From a virus, in IMG/VR virus record IMGVR_UViG_2651869518_000004, positions 1,266 to 65,265 of that record: a stretch of DNA of 64,000 nt; one strand, given 5' to 3'. This document shows, piece by piece, positions 28,260 through 37,997 of the stretch; the first letter of the stretch is position 1; each line of letters starts with the position of its first letter. The notes beneath the pieces are model-generated. The model was not told the origin of the DNA. It did not search any database and saw only the letters and a program-made list of their open reading frames with translations. Position numbers and translations under genes: made by a program.

Positions 28260-29038
28260 GCTTTCTCCTTGAGTGCTGCACGAGCACGTGCTTGGTATTC
28301 GTAGTCGCAGGCGTTCACAGAGGCAATCCATGCAAGCGTGGAATACAGCCGCTTGTTCTCGGTGCGCAGGGTGTCGCATATCAAAGACACATTCTCACGC
28401 GCAGTGGCTTCTTGGTTAAGTTGCCTTAGCAGCCGCTCAATCTCTTGAGCCTGGGCGCGGAGCATGGCGGCGCGGGCTTGGTCAAATGTTGGCTTGTTCC
28501 ATTCATCCTCGTCCATACCCATGTGGGTCAGCATAGCGTTCAAAGCCATCAGCAGCCCCTGATTGACCGCGCTGGCCTGCTGACGTAATGGATTCGGCAC
28601 ACTGCCCGCTGATTCACAAAATCGGAGCATGTGCTGCGCCCATTCTTCCTTGCGGTTTCGGCTTGCAAGCGTTCGGACGTTTTCCAGTGCCAGCCATTGG
28701 GCGTGGTTCATTTCAGTAATAGCATCGCACTCTGACTCGCTACGCTTGCGCTCTTCCTCCGCACCCTGCAACCGGGCGGCTGCGAGTTTGGTAGCGGTGT
28801 AGAGCTTGTCACCATCCACCATAGGTGGGCCTTGATGAACCAACCAATCTACATGACATGCCTCGTCGCTGTCGGAAACAAAGTTAGCAACAGGCTCCAT
28901 ATCCATGGCCAGCAATTGCTGCACAACGTGGTCGGCTGCACGCTGGGCGATGTAGGTTACATAAAAGTCCCCAATTGAAGTTGGCTTCCACTCGTTGCGC
29001 CACTGCTCCACCAGTTCAGGTGTGATTTCTATTTTCAT
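28256..29038 (-). CDS. hypothetical protein
   Basis: Start MKIEITPEL with GAAGGA RBS; coiled-coil C-terminus. Confidence 0.3.
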   Translation of the reverse strand: MKIEITPELVEQWRNEWKPTSIGDFYVTYIAQRAADHVVQQLLAMDMEPVANFVSDSDEACHVDWLVHQGPPMVDGDKLYTATKLAAARLQGAEEERKRSESECDAITEMNHAQWLALENVRTLASRNRKEEWAQHMLRFCESAGSVPNPLRQQASAVNQGLLMALNAMLTHMGMDEDEWNKPTFDQARAAMLRAQAQEIERLLRQLNQEATARENVSLICDTLRTENKRLYSTLAWIASVNACDYEYQARARAALKEKA

Positions 29039-29060
29039 ATCAAAGTCCTTCGTCGTTCTT

Positions 29061-29342
29061 TTATTCGCCGTGGTACTGCCACAAGACTGCATTGCAGGCG
29101 TTGTGCACAGCCCCGATAGTCAGACCTGAATCATGACTGTGGTGCAGATGCACTGGCCATGCGAAGAAGTTTGGCGGGAACAACTTTGCATCTATGTACT
29201 TGCTTAGAATGTCCTTTGTTGCCGGACCACTTAAGGGTGCTTGGCAGTGGTGGCAGTTACCGCTCTGAAGGCGCACATACTCTTCACGAACTAAGCGCCT
29301 TTGAGCGGGTGGGGTGTCTTTGTAGTTGACTGGTAGCTTCAT
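29061..29342 (-). CDS. small HNH/zinc-finger-type protein
   Basis: CHHCQ...HLHHSHDSG...VHNACNA: HNH-like His/Asn/Cys pattern; 93 aa; the same RBS context (CGACGAAGGACTTTGA) as the gene at 29038. Confidence 0.35.
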   Translation of the reverse strand: MKLPVNYKDTPPAQRRLVREEYVRLQSGNCHHCQAPLSGPATKDILSKYIDAKLFPPNFFAWPVHLHHSHDSGLTIGAVHNACNAVLWQYHGE

Positions 29343-29343
29343 T

Positions 29344-29679
29344 TCAAAGTCCTTCGTCGGCCAGTGCTTCGGCCAAGATTAAGAGGAATAGGGAGCGGTG
29401 TAATTCACTGTGGCAATCTCTGAATGCGTACCAGTCAGTCATCGCAATACCCCATGTTCCGCGAACGGTGTCGTACATAAGCACCGGCTTCGATTCGTGA
29501 TCTTTTGCGCTGGCACGCAGCGCCGTGCTGATCGACCCGTATTGCAGGTGCTCGTCGTCGGGGTGGATGCGGTGCTCGTCGGTCAAGTCGTAGACCAAAG
29601 TCAAGAACCACGCATCTGCCGAGGCGTTGTATTCTTCAATCCGCGCACCGCGTGCTGCGGCAAAGAGTAGGCGGCTCAT
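29344..29679 (-). CDS. hypothetical protein
   Basis: ATG at 29679 overlaps the stop of the HNH gene (ATGA). Confidence 0.3.
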   Translation of the reverse strand: MSRLLFAAARGARIEEYNASADAWFLTLVYDLTDEHRIHPDDEHLQYGSISTALRASAKDHESKPVLMYDTVRGTWGIAMTDWYAFRDCHSELHRSLFLLILAEALADEGL

Positions 29680-30188
29680 GGCATACCTCCGTTCCACTGA
29701 GTTGCTACAGGCGTGTGCTTCCCGCCGACTTTGCCAATACGGCAAGGCTCTATCAGTGGTAGGTGTTTCCAGTTCTCACCGCGTACCGCAGATCGCACGG
29801 TGGAGATAGCGATGCCATACCTTGAAGCAATGTCTTTCAGGTACATGCCGCCCGCATTCCACAGCGCACGAATCTCTAGCACTTGAGCGTCTGTGAGCAG
29901 AACCTTCGGGTGTGCCATGCCTTTGGGTCCGGTGTTGGACGCACGGCCACGCGAGTGCATGTCTGCGGTGTTGTCCTTATACGTTCCAATAACCAAATGG
30001 TCAGGGTTGATGCAACGCGGGTTGTCGCATGTATGCCGTACGACTTGCCCTTTAATGTCGGCGTGATCGAGACTGTGAGCTTTCATGTAGGCGACACGAT
30101 GCGCAGAGGTCGCTTTCTTATTCCACTCTGTTGACCCGTAACCAGCCTTGGTCCCCTTTTGTCCGTGGTCGATGCAGCTACTTTTCAT
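29676..30188 (-). CDS. HNH homing-endonuclease-like protein (HNH_3/AP2-like)
   Basis: AHRVAYMKAHSL...VRHTCDNPRCINPDHL: canonical HNH_3 signature plus a C-terminal HTH-like region. Confidence 0.65.
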   Translation of the reverse strand: MKSSCIDHGQKGTKAGYGSTEWNKKATSAHRVAYMKAHSLDHADIKGQVVRHTCDNPRCINPDHLVIGTYKDNTADMHSRGRASNTGPKGMAHPKVLLTDAQVLEIRALWNAGGMYLKDIASRYGIAISTVRSAVRGENWKHLPLIEPCRIGKVGGKHTPVATQWNGGMP

Positions 30189-30489
30189 GGCAACCTCTTT
30201 CGGCTATCACAGCCAACGCGATGGCCTTTTGCGGGGTGTCTGCGTAGTGCAGGATGGTGAACCTTGGTGCGCCCCAGCGTCCGTCATGCCATCGATATGG
30301 GAATACGTTGTACAACTCCGCAATCGGGCCGATGACGTTCCAGTCTTTGTGGGAGAAGACCCTGCTGTACGACAACCATTCAGGTCCGATGGTGTATGCC
30401 AATACCAACTGGCCGGACAAGATCGTCATGCGGTCCTCAGTCCACCCAATCGCCAGCGCAAGGGCTCTGTCAATTTCGAGGTCGGTCAT
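30178..30489 (-). CDS. DUF2591-like phage protein
   Basis: Start MTDLEIDRALALAIGW typical of DUF2591; AGGAG RBS. Confidence 0.35.
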   Translation of the reverse strand: MTDLEIDRALALAIGWTEDRMTILSGQLVLAYTIGPEWLSYSRVFSHKDWNVIGPIAELYNVFPYRWHDGRWGAPRFTILHYADTPQKAIALAVIAERGCHEK

Positions 30490-30698
30490 AAAAACTCCTT
30501 TCAGTTTATGCACGCTGATTGTAATCTATTTTTTAGACTGTTCGCAAGGTGTTGCTGTAGGCAAGGAGAGGGTGTAGCAGGCGAGCCAGTGAAGCCCCTC
30601 TTGGGTCCTAAAAGGGTAGGGGCATGCGTCTTGGTACGTCAGCCCCGCCTTGGCCGCGCGGCTTGCATCGGCCTCGATGCAAGCCTTCTTCTCGGGGC

Positions 30699-31175
30699 TC
30701 ACGCTGCCACCCCCACCGACGTCACCGCGCGGTGCTTGCGCGAGGCGATGACCTTGTTCACCGTCGCCATGGCGCGCTCAAGGTCAAGCACCGTCGCCGC
30801 GTCGAGCTGCGCGTCGTGCACACCCATCACTAGGTTGATGGCCACCAGCTCGGGGCCGGTGCACACGAACTTGCCCAGGTTGAAGCCGCGCCGGGCGACC
30901 GCCAGCATGGCGTCGTGGTCGGTGAATATCTCAGTCTCCCAGTCCCGGCCGGAGCCGTGCATGGCCAGGGCCTCGCACATGTTGAGCGCTCCGATCAAGA
31001 CCTGGACGTCGTGCTTGGTAGCCGAGCCCGTGCGCAGCGCCTCCAAGGCGACGTGGTTCTTGAGCTTCAGGTCCGTCGCGTGCGGTGTGTCGATCAGCCT
31101 CTTGAAGCCGGTAAGGACGTGCCCGATGGTGTCGCGGATAACGCCGCGCGGGCGGTAGCTTGAGCGCTTACGCAT
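30699..31175 (-). CDS. hypothetical protein
   Basis: 158-aa ORF directly downstream of the polymerase gene. Confidence 0.3.
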   Translation of the reverse strand: MRKRSSYRPRGVIRDTIGHVLTGFKRLIDTPHATDLKLKNHVALEALRTGSATKHDVQVLIGALNMCEALAMHGSGRDWETEIFTDHDAMLAVARRGFNLGKFVCTGPELVAINLVMGVHDAQLDAATVLDLERAMATVNKVIASRKHRAVTSVGVAA

Positions 31176-33223
31176 TACTCGATTTCCTTCATGTAGTAGT
31201 TGGTCGTGAAGCCGTCCGCGCGCAGCAGCAGGTCAGGCGCCCACTTGATGGGCCGGCCCATAATCTGCTCAGCCCGGGCCAGTGTGTGAGGCCCGTTAGG
31301 GTCCTCCTCCAGGATGTCCTCGTCGTGGATCGTGGTGAGCTGCGTGTAGCCCTCATCGTCCAGCGCGAGCATGGCCTCCGCCAAGCAGTCGCGGGCGATG
31401 GCCTGTGTAATGTTCTCCACCGTCTTGCCCCCAAAAGTGGCCAGGCGCGTCCACTTCTTGGTCTTCTGATCCTGGCCCTCATAGGTCAGCGAGCCACGGC
31501 GCGCGACGATGTACTCGACGCCGTTGGCCAGCTTGCGCACCAGGTCCTCTTGCTCAATGCGGGGCTTGACGTAGAAGAGCTTGCGCCCGCTGGGCAGTTG
31601 GATCGTTAGAAAGCCAGACTCATAGGCAAACACCAGCCGAGCCCGGCCGCCGGCGATCACCACCGTCACCGTGGTCTTGTTGCGCACGGCGCGCTTGGCC
31701 GCGTTCTCGCAGCGCAGCCACAGGCCTGGGCGCTCCTCGTCGTAGCTTGCGATCTCGGGGTTGGCCTCGCGCCAGGCGATCTTGATCGGCTCCAGCTCTT
31801 CGAGCTTGAGGCCCATGGCCAGGGCGCCCATGTTGACCAGCGCGTTCTCGCCACCGCCAAAGCCCAGCGCCAGCTCGGCGATCTTGCCCTTCTGCCGGTA
31901 CGGGCTCTTCTTGCCCACGCTGCCGGCGGGCAGCTTGAACATCTGCTCGGCCGAGGCCTCGTAGATTTTCCCGTGTGTGGCAAACACTTCCAGGCGCCAC
32001 TCGCACCAGGCCAGCCAGGCGATCACGCGGGCCTCAATTGCTGCGAAGTCCACGACGTGGAAGACACGACCGGGCCGTGGCACAAACGCCGTGCGGATCA
32101 GTTGGCTCAGCGTGTCGGGCACGTTGCCGAACAGCATCTCAAACAGCTCAAACTGCCCGGTGATCACCAGCTCGCGCGCCAAGTCGATGTCGCGCAGCTT
32201 GTTCTGCGGCAAGTTGTGAATCTGCACAAGCTGGCCGGCCCAGCGGCCGGTGCGGTTGGCGCCATAGAAGCGCGTGAGGCCGCGCAGGGCCAAGTCCAGG
32301 CACACTGCCCGGGCCATGGCGTGGTACTTGCTCACGCTCGTCTTGGCCAGCTCCTGGCGTATCTGCAGGACCCGCTCGACTACCTTGTCGCTGGCGCCCT
32401 TGAGGAGCTTGGAGACGGTCTTCTTGGTGACGTCGGTGATGGCCTCCTCGCCCTCCTCCAGCTCCTCATTAAGCCACTCCATGAGCTGATTGCGGCTGTT
32501 GGGGTTCTCCAGGCCGGTCAGCTCCACAGCCTCGGTGGTCAGGCTGTCCTTCACGCGCACGTCGAAGTCGATGGCGTTCTTCACCAGCTCGGGCTGGATC
32601 AGCATGCCGCGCGCGTTCATCCTCATATCCAGGCACCACAGGCGGTGCTCAAACTCAGGCACCGGAAACCGGCTGATGCGACGCGCCACCTCGCGCTCGG
32701 CCACGACGTCTTGCAGCCCGTACTCTTTGAACTGCCCCCACTTAACGGGGTCGTGGTGGGGCAGGTTGCGGGTACGCATGCCGTTGGCCTTGGTCGGCTT
32801 GCAGGGCATGCAGAAGTAGCGGATCAAGGCCCAGCCGGTGGAGAGCTTCTGCTTGTCCTCGGGCAGCCCCACCACACGGCACACATCGGCCAGCTTGGCC
32901 GGCATGCCCAGGTAAAGCGCGTGCACGGCGGTGCAGCGCCACTGGGCCGGGTCCAGCTCTAGGTTGAAGTGCTTTCCGATGGTGGCAATTTCAAAGGCAG
33001 CGTTGAAGGCCGTCTTGGTCACGCTCGGGTCGGTCAGGCTGCGCAGCACGTGCTGCGGTAGTTCCTCGCCCTCAATCAGGCTGATGATGTTGGGCTCGCT
33101 CTCCCCAAAGGCGTACTGGAACGTCGTGATCTCAAAGTCGGGCTCCTCCTTGTAGCGGAATACACCGACCTCGGGAAGGTCCGCGCTGCTAAAGGTCTCG
33201 ACGTCGATGCGCAAGATGCTCAT
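31175..33223 (-). CDS. family A DNA polymerase with 3'-5' exonuclease domain
   Basis: Exo motif IDVETFS; motif A DFAAIEARV; motif B KIAELALGFGGG; motif C TIHDEDI; 682 aa. Confidence 0.85.
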   Translation of the reverse strand: MSILRIDVETFSSADLPEVGVFRYKEEPDFEITTFQYAFGESEPNIISLIEGEELPQHVLRSLTDPSVTKTAFNAAFEIATIGKHFNLELDPAQWRCTAVHALYLGMPAKLADVCRVVGLPEDKQKLSTGWALIRYFCMPCKPTKANGMRTRNLPHHDPVKWGQFKEYGLQDVVAEREVARRISRFPVPEFEHRLWCLDMRMNARGMLIQPELVKNAIDFDVRVKDSLTTEAVELTGLENPNSRNQLMEWLNEELEEGEEAITDVTKKTVSKLLKGASDKVVERVLQIRQELAKTSVSKYHAMARAVCLDLALRGLTRFYGANRTGRWAGQLVQIHNLPQNKLRDIDLARELVITGQFELFEMLFGNVPDTLSQLIRTAFVPRPGRVFHVVDFAAIEARVIAWLAWCEWRLEVFATHGKIYEASAEQMFKLPAGSVGKKSPYRQKGKIAELALGFGGGENALVNMGALAMGLKLEELEPIKIAWREANPEIASYDEERPGLWLRCENAAKRAVRNKTTVTVVIAGGRARLVFAYESGFLTIQLPSGRKLFYVKPRIEQEDLVRKLANGVEYIVARRGSLTYEGQDQKTKKWTRLATFGGKTVENITQAIARDCLAEAMLALDDEGYTQLTTIHDEDILEEDPNGPHTLARAEQIMGRPIKWAPDLLLRADGFTTNYYMKEIE

Positions 33224-33477
33224 GCACCCACCACCTGGTGCACCAGATACTGAGAGCGCGCCCGGTTCAGCACGGTGTAGTCAAGCTTGCCGCGTGCACG
33301 CAGGTCGCGCAGGATGCGATCCGCCGACGCAGGCGCCACCTTGCCATACAGGGCCTGTACGTGAAAGCGCAGGTCGTCTGCGAAGAACGTCTTGCCGACA
33401 CGGGCGCGGCAGAACGCGAGGATCGCGTCGGCCAGCTTGGTGCTGACGGCTTGAATTTGTTCGGTCTGTTGGGTCAT
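33220..33477 (-). CDS. small hypothetical protein
   Basis: 85 aa; ATGA overlap with the polymerase start. Confidence 0.3.
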   Translation of the reverse strand: MTQQTEQIQAVSTKLADAILAFCRARVGKTFFADDLRFHVQALYGKVAPASADRILRDLRARGKLDYTVLNRARSQYLVHQVVGA

Positions 33478-33607
33478 AGAAAGATGCACTGTTGCTGCGA
33501 CACGAAGGCTGCGCGTGCACCCGGGTCTCCCCCAGAAGCCACCCTCGCCGCTGGCCACGCCAGTGCACCTATCTATGACCGCCCCCGCAGGGGCAGCCTG
33601 TTGTCCG

Positions 33608-34834
33608 TTACTTCTTGAACCAGCCGGCGATGGCCTGGGCCACGCTGTCGGGGATAAAGAATGGGAAGTTGATGGCGCCGTTCCACTTGCGCATGGTGTC
33701 GGCCTGGGCGCGGATCACGTCCACCTCGGCGTTCTTGCGGTTGACCTCGACCACGGCCAGAAGGGCGTCCTTGCTGGCGTACTGGATTCCAGCCACTACG
33801 GTGGCGTTGACCGCGTCCTGGATCGCCTTGTCAAAGGTCAGGCCCTCGGCGTAGCCAACGAAGGCGATGGTGATCCCCTTCTTGGCAAAGTCGTCCTTGA
33901 CGATCTGCTCAACGGCCGTGATGATCGCGGCCTTGTCGCCGATGGCCTGCATGAACTTGCGCTTGGAGAACTCCAGCGCCAGCACCTGGTGCACCTTGGC
34001 CTTGACCACCGTGTCCATGACCTCGGCCAGGCTCTTGCCATACTTCACCGATGCAAACACGTCGGCCGGCTGCTGACCGGTTGCGACACCGTTGGTGCCA
34101 AAGTTGTAGAAGAAGCGGGCCGCGTCCTCCTCGGCCACCGAGGCGCTGATCAGGATGCCGGTGGTGATGTCCACCGAGTCGGCGGACTCAAAGCGCATGC
34201 CCTCCTTCTTGGCGCTTGTGCCACGGTCGGTGGCATCGACCCACTCGCGGGTGTAGGGGGTCCGGTCGACCAAGTAAAGTGTAGCGCCAGGCACGTAGTA
34301 GTCCTTCAGCATCGCAGTGTTCGCAGCGACAACGTGCGGAATCTGGACGCGCTTGGCGGCCACCTTGTTGTCGGACAGATACTCCACCGATCCAAATTGC
34401 TTCTGCCCGGCCTTGTTGGCCCCTACGGCCGGGATCAAAAAAGCGCTCTGGTTCGCCTCAATATTGACCCACTCAGCGCGGTCAGTCGTGTCGTAGTAGG
34501 CATATGCGGGGGCTGGCGCCACGCTGGCCAACAGAACGGCAGCCGCGACGGCCGCAGCGGCCCCTGGGGCGCTTTTAAAGAGCGACTTGATGGGTGACCA
34601 CCAGATGAGCGCGAGGCCCGCCAAGAACACCACTAGGGAAACGGTGTAGCCGGTCGGCATGCGGTTGGCCAAGCTCCAGACCATGAAGGCGCTGTCGCTG
34701 TCTTCAAGCTGACCCACGGCGATCTTGCCCACAGCCAGAGTGCGAGCCGAGTCAACGGCTGCCGTGATGATGCCGCACACAAAGGAGAGCACGGTGGTGG
34801 CGAGCATACGCCAAATGAAAGATTTGATGGTCAT
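33608..34834 (-). CDS. SPFH/band-7 (stomatin/prohibitin/HflKC-like) membrane protein
   Basis: Two N-terminal TM segments, then SADSVDITTGILISASV...VLALEFSKRKFMQAIGDKAAIITAVEQIVKDDFAKKGITIAFVGYAEGLTFDKAIQDAV matching the SPFH core and C-terminal helix. Confidence 0.5.
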   Translation of the reverse strand: MTIKSFIWRMLATTVLSFVCGIITAAVDSARTLAVGKIAVGQLEDSDSAFMVWSLANRMPTGYTVSLVVFLAGLALIWWSPIKSLFKSAPGAAAAVAAAVLLASVAPAPAYAYYDTTDRAEWVNIEANQSAFLIPAVGANKAGQKQFGSVEYLSDNKVAAKRVQIPHVVAANTAMLKDYYVPGATLYLVDRTPYTREWVDATDRGTSAKKEGMRFESADSVDITTGILISASVAEEDAARFFYNFGTNGVATGQQPADVFASVKYGKSLAEVMDTVVKAKVHQVLALEFSKRKFMQAIGDKAAIITAVEQIVKDDFAKKGITIAFVGYAEGLTFDKAIQDAVNATVVAGIQYASKDALLAVVEVNRKNAEVDVIRAQADTMRKWNGAINFPFFIPDSVAQAIAGWFKK

Positions 34835-34939
34835 TGCGTTGTCCAGTTGTTGGTTGAAAAGGTGGGGTACTCGCCGCAAACAGGGAACTAAGTGTTGAAA
34901 CTATCGCCCAATTGCCGCACCTGCTTTCCCCCGATTCAG

Positions 34940-35497
34940 TTAGCTCAGAAAGTCATCCTGCACGGCCGTGAAGTCCTCGTCGGGGCGGCTGCCGCCACCG
35001 CCGATGCGCTCGCCGCCGGGCAGCACTTGCACGTTGTTCAGGTACAGCTTGATGCCCTTGTTGCCGTCGGTGTTGAAGGCCGCCGGCGCGATGCTGATGC
35101 GGGCATTGCAGCCGCTGTAGACCTGGGCCGGGTTGATGATTTCCTGGAGCTGCGCGTCCACCACACCAGGCTTGGTGTAGGTGTTGCAGTTGATGAAGTA
35201 GCAGCCCTTGTACTCGGGGTTCTGCTCGGTGTCGCGCTCGGTGTCACCGTCACGAAGTGGGGTCTTGAATGACGCCAACCATTTGCTGCCCCACTTCGTG
35301 ATGGCCTTGGGGTCACTCTTGAAGGCCTCCACGCTCTTCTTGATCTTGTTGATGGTGTCCAGGTCCGTCTTGGGGATCAGGCCCATGCAGCTATACGCCT
35401 CGTTCTCGTCGGGGGTCAGCAGGAACTTGGTGAAGCCAATGCGGATGGTTCCGGTGGTCACTTTGTAGGGGTTCACGTTCTTCGGGGTTTCGGCCAT
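34940..35497 (-). CDS. DUF2815-like phage protein (gp2.5-type SSB candidate)
   Basis: 185 aa; the family is usually paired with a DUF2800 nuclease and a PolA gene, as here. Confidence 0.45.
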   Translation of the reverse strand: MAETPKNVNPYKVTTGTIRIGFTKFLLTPDENEAYSCMGLIPKTDLDTINKIKKSVEAFKSDPKAITKWGSKWLASFKTPLRDGDTERDTEQNPEYKGCYFINCNTYTKPGVVDAQLQEIINPAQVYSGCNARISIAPAAFNTDGNKGIKLYLNNVQVLPGGERIGGGGSRPDEDFTAVQDDFLS

Positions 35498-35506
35498 GTT
35501 GGGCTC

Positions 35507-36763
35507 CTAGGTGTTGCTAAAGTCGCTGACGGCCGCAGCCGTCGAATTGAGTTCCTGGCGCCAGTCGTAGACGGGCACAAGGGTGGGGTTGCCGGCGGGC
35601 TTGGTGACCAGCTCGGACAGGTGCTGCATGAAGGCCTTCTTGCCGATGAGCTTCTCCATAGCGCTGATGCCCAGCAGGCTCTTCTGCTCGTAGATAGCGT
35701 CACGGTCAAAGCCCGCAGCAATAAGAGCCTCGCCGGCCTTGGCCTCGTCCGTGTAGGCGCGCTTAGAGCGGCCCGCCACGAGCTTCCAGCCAGCCAGTGG
35801 GGTGCCAGCAGCGACACGCCGCAGCGCGTGCCCCTGGACGTCCTCAAGCCAGCGGATGACGGCAGGCGCCACGGCCAGGACCTTGTCAATCTCGGCGTCG
35901 CCCAGCAGCTCAGCCGGTGTGAATGCGATGTCGTCGTGGGCCTTGGCCAGGTTGCTGCGTGCACGGGCCACGCATGTGTCCTTGGCGCGGCAGAAGCCCT
36001 CGATGCAGTGGTCGCCCGGAACGAACTCACCCACGCCGGCCCAGGCCTTGGTGGCGGCCGGCACGACGGTGGCCTTGGCCCACTCAAGCAGCAAGGGCAG
36101 CTCAAGGGTCTCGCTGGACCAGTTGTTCATGCGTGGCTGCAGCACGGTGCCGGTGACGTTCTGCACGTCGTAGAGTGCACCGTAGGTGTGGTACGCACCC
36201 AGCATGTACAGGCGGAACTGGCTGTTCTCCAAGGCCGACACGTACAGGCCCACGCCCATCTTCAGGTCCAGCACCTCGATGTAGGTGTCGGTGATGATCA
36301 CCATGTCGGTGGTGCCGAACCCTTCAGGTGCCCAGGGCGTGTAGTCCAGGCGCTGCTCCAACAAGATCACCGGGTCGGCGCAGACGGAGCGGGCGTGCTC
36401 GATGCGCTCAATGGCCCGCTCCACCGCCAGGTCCACGGCCTCGCTCAGGTCGGTGGACCAGAACTCCTTGTGGCCGGGAATCTTGTCTTCGAACGGGAAC
36501 GGTGTCTCGCGCTCCAAGTAGATGCTCATGCGGTGGTGGAACACGGCGTGCGCGTACGTGCCCTCCTTGGCCTCGTGAGACTCGTCCTCGGGGAGCGACT
36601 CCTCCAGACGCGCGGATGGGTGGCAGACGATCCACTTCACCGAGCCGCTGGCGCCCAGGATGGCGTGCGCGCGCTCGGGGTCTGGGGCGGCCACAGCGGC
36701 CGGCGTGATGCCGATCACCTTGGCCACCTTGGTGGCGCGGGGCTTCTTGACTTTTTCGGTCAT
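35507..36763 (-). CDS. DUF2800 PD-(D/E)XK-type nuclease (Cas4/RecB-like exonuclease)
   Basis: ILGASGSVKWIVCHPS...EGTYAHAV...DMVIITD...VLDLKMGVG...QFRLYMLGAY pattern. Confidence 0.55.
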   Translation of the reverse strand: MTEKVKKPRATKVAKVIGITPAAVAAPDPERAHAILGASGSVKWIVCHPSARLEESLPEDESHEAKEGTYAHAVFHHRMSIYLERETPFPFEDKIPGHKEFWSTDLSEAVDLAVERAIERIEHARSVCADPVILLEQRLDYTPWAPEGFGTTDMVIITDTYIEVLDLKMGVGLYVSALENSQFRLYMLGAYHTYGALYDVQNVTGTVLQPRMNNWSSETLELPLLLEWAKATVVPAATKAWAGVGEFVPGDHCIEGFCRAKDTCVARARSNLAKAHDDIAFTPAELLGDAEIDKVLAVAPAVIRWLEDVQGHALRRVAAGTPLAGWKLVAGRSKRAYTDEAKAGEALIAAGFDRDAIYEQKSLLGISAMEKLIGKKAFMQHLSELVTKPAGNPTLVPVYDWRQELNSTAAAVSDFSNT

Positions 36764-37451
36764 AGGGGCACCTCCTCATGGAACTCAGAGGAGTCGATGA
36801 TCAGCAGCGGGTCGACCTCGCGCAGCAGACCCGTGATGACCTTGGCGATCTCACTCTCCGAGGCGTCATGCAACTTGCCAAGGCGCACGGCCATGAAGAC
36901 CCGCGCCATGATCCCGCCCAGGCTGTCGGCGTTGATACGCCAGCCCCGGCCGAGGAACTTGCGCACCCGCATCATCGAGCCGCCAGATTCTTCTTCGCGC
37001 TGCGGGAACGTGTAGACCAAGCGCCGCGCGGCCAGGTCAGGGTAGAAGGACGTCGAGCACAGGGACTGCCAAGAATCATTCGCCCACCAGACAGCGGCTT
37101 GGCACACTGTGAAGTCCAGCTCTTCGAGCAGTTTGGTTGGCTCGTCGTACTTCCACCGGTGGATAAACTGCACCGGTCGACGGGCGCCAGAAATAACGGT
37201 CACAGCGTTGTCGGTATGGTGTGTGTGTGGCCTTCACGCGAATCGGCCAGAGCGCTTGCAGCCGCATCCAACACTGCGGCGCTGGAGCCAAAAACGTCGA
37301 TGTCGGTGGGCTCCTTGCCGGATACCAGCTCGCGGATAAACCCGCCGGCGATATACAGGCGGTCGGTTTTCATACGCACGCGCAGGTCCTTGGGGATGTT
37401 GCGTACAACAACAGCCAGGTCCGTTTCGGTAAGGCTAGTGAGTTCGGTCAC
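36760..37451 (-). pseudogene. Pol-beta-superfamily (CCA/poly(A)-polymerase head-like) nucleotidyltransferase split into an 83-aa ORF and a 147-aa ORF by a -1 frame offset at a (CA)5 repeat
   Basis: ORF1 has RLYIAGGFIRELVSGKEPTDIDVF (GG..R....DxD); ORF2 has ELDFTVCQAAV (RRDFTINA-like); junction GTGA overlap; (CA)5 about 20 nt upstream encodes GHTHT. Confidence 0.4.
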
Positions 37452-37981
37452 AGCGCTGCCGCCTTTTCCATCAGCTCGGGGTACTTATCGGCCGGAATGG
37501 CCGACAGGGCGGTTTGGCCAAAGCTGGAGATCAGGCTCTTGACGGCCTCCTGCTTGCCACCCTGGCTGAGCGCCGCCAGCTTGGCGCGAACATCCTGCAG
37601 CGTGAAAGCCTCAGAAGGGGATTCCAACGCAGGAGCGCTTTCGGCACTCGCCGTGGTAGCTGAGCCAGCCGTCGCGCTCGCAGGCGGGGTAACGGCAGGC
37701 GTCTCGGACTTTTTTGCGACGTCAGCGGCAGAAGCACCGGAGTCGGGCGCCGCAGTTGCCTCGGAGGACGCCGTCCCCGGGGCAGAGGCGGCAGGCTTTG
37801 GGTCAGCAGGGGTCGTAGGCGCTACTTTTTTCGCAGCGCGCTCAACCTTGGCGGACTCAGGGCGCGCGGCATCTGGCTGATAGGCTGGCAGTGCGGCGGG
37901 CTGGCGCAGGCCGGCCGTGAAATGGGCCATGGCCGCGAGCGACTCCTCGGCCGTGGGGTATTGAAAGGTGAGGGTGATCAT
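37448..37981 (-). CDS. hypothetical protein with A/P/T/S-rich linker
   Basis: 177-aa ORF; low-complexity middle region. Confidence 0.3.
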   Translation of the reverse strand: MITLTFQYPTAEESLAAMAHFTAGLRQPAALPAYQPDAARPESAKVERAAKKVAPTTPADPKPAASAPGTASSEATAAPDSGASAADVAKKSETPAVTPPASATAGSATTASAESAPALESPSEAFTLQDVRAKLAALSQGGKQEAVKSLISSFGQTALSAIPADKYPELMEKAAAL

Positions 37982-37997
37982 GGTTTTCGGGTTGTGG

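Noticed and set aside
31170-34880. Apparent 1-nt discrepancies between my manual character counts and the ORF-track coordinates near 31175 and 34834.
   Set aside because: Most likely my own transcription error when counting bases by eye. Track coordinates were used and no indel is claimed.
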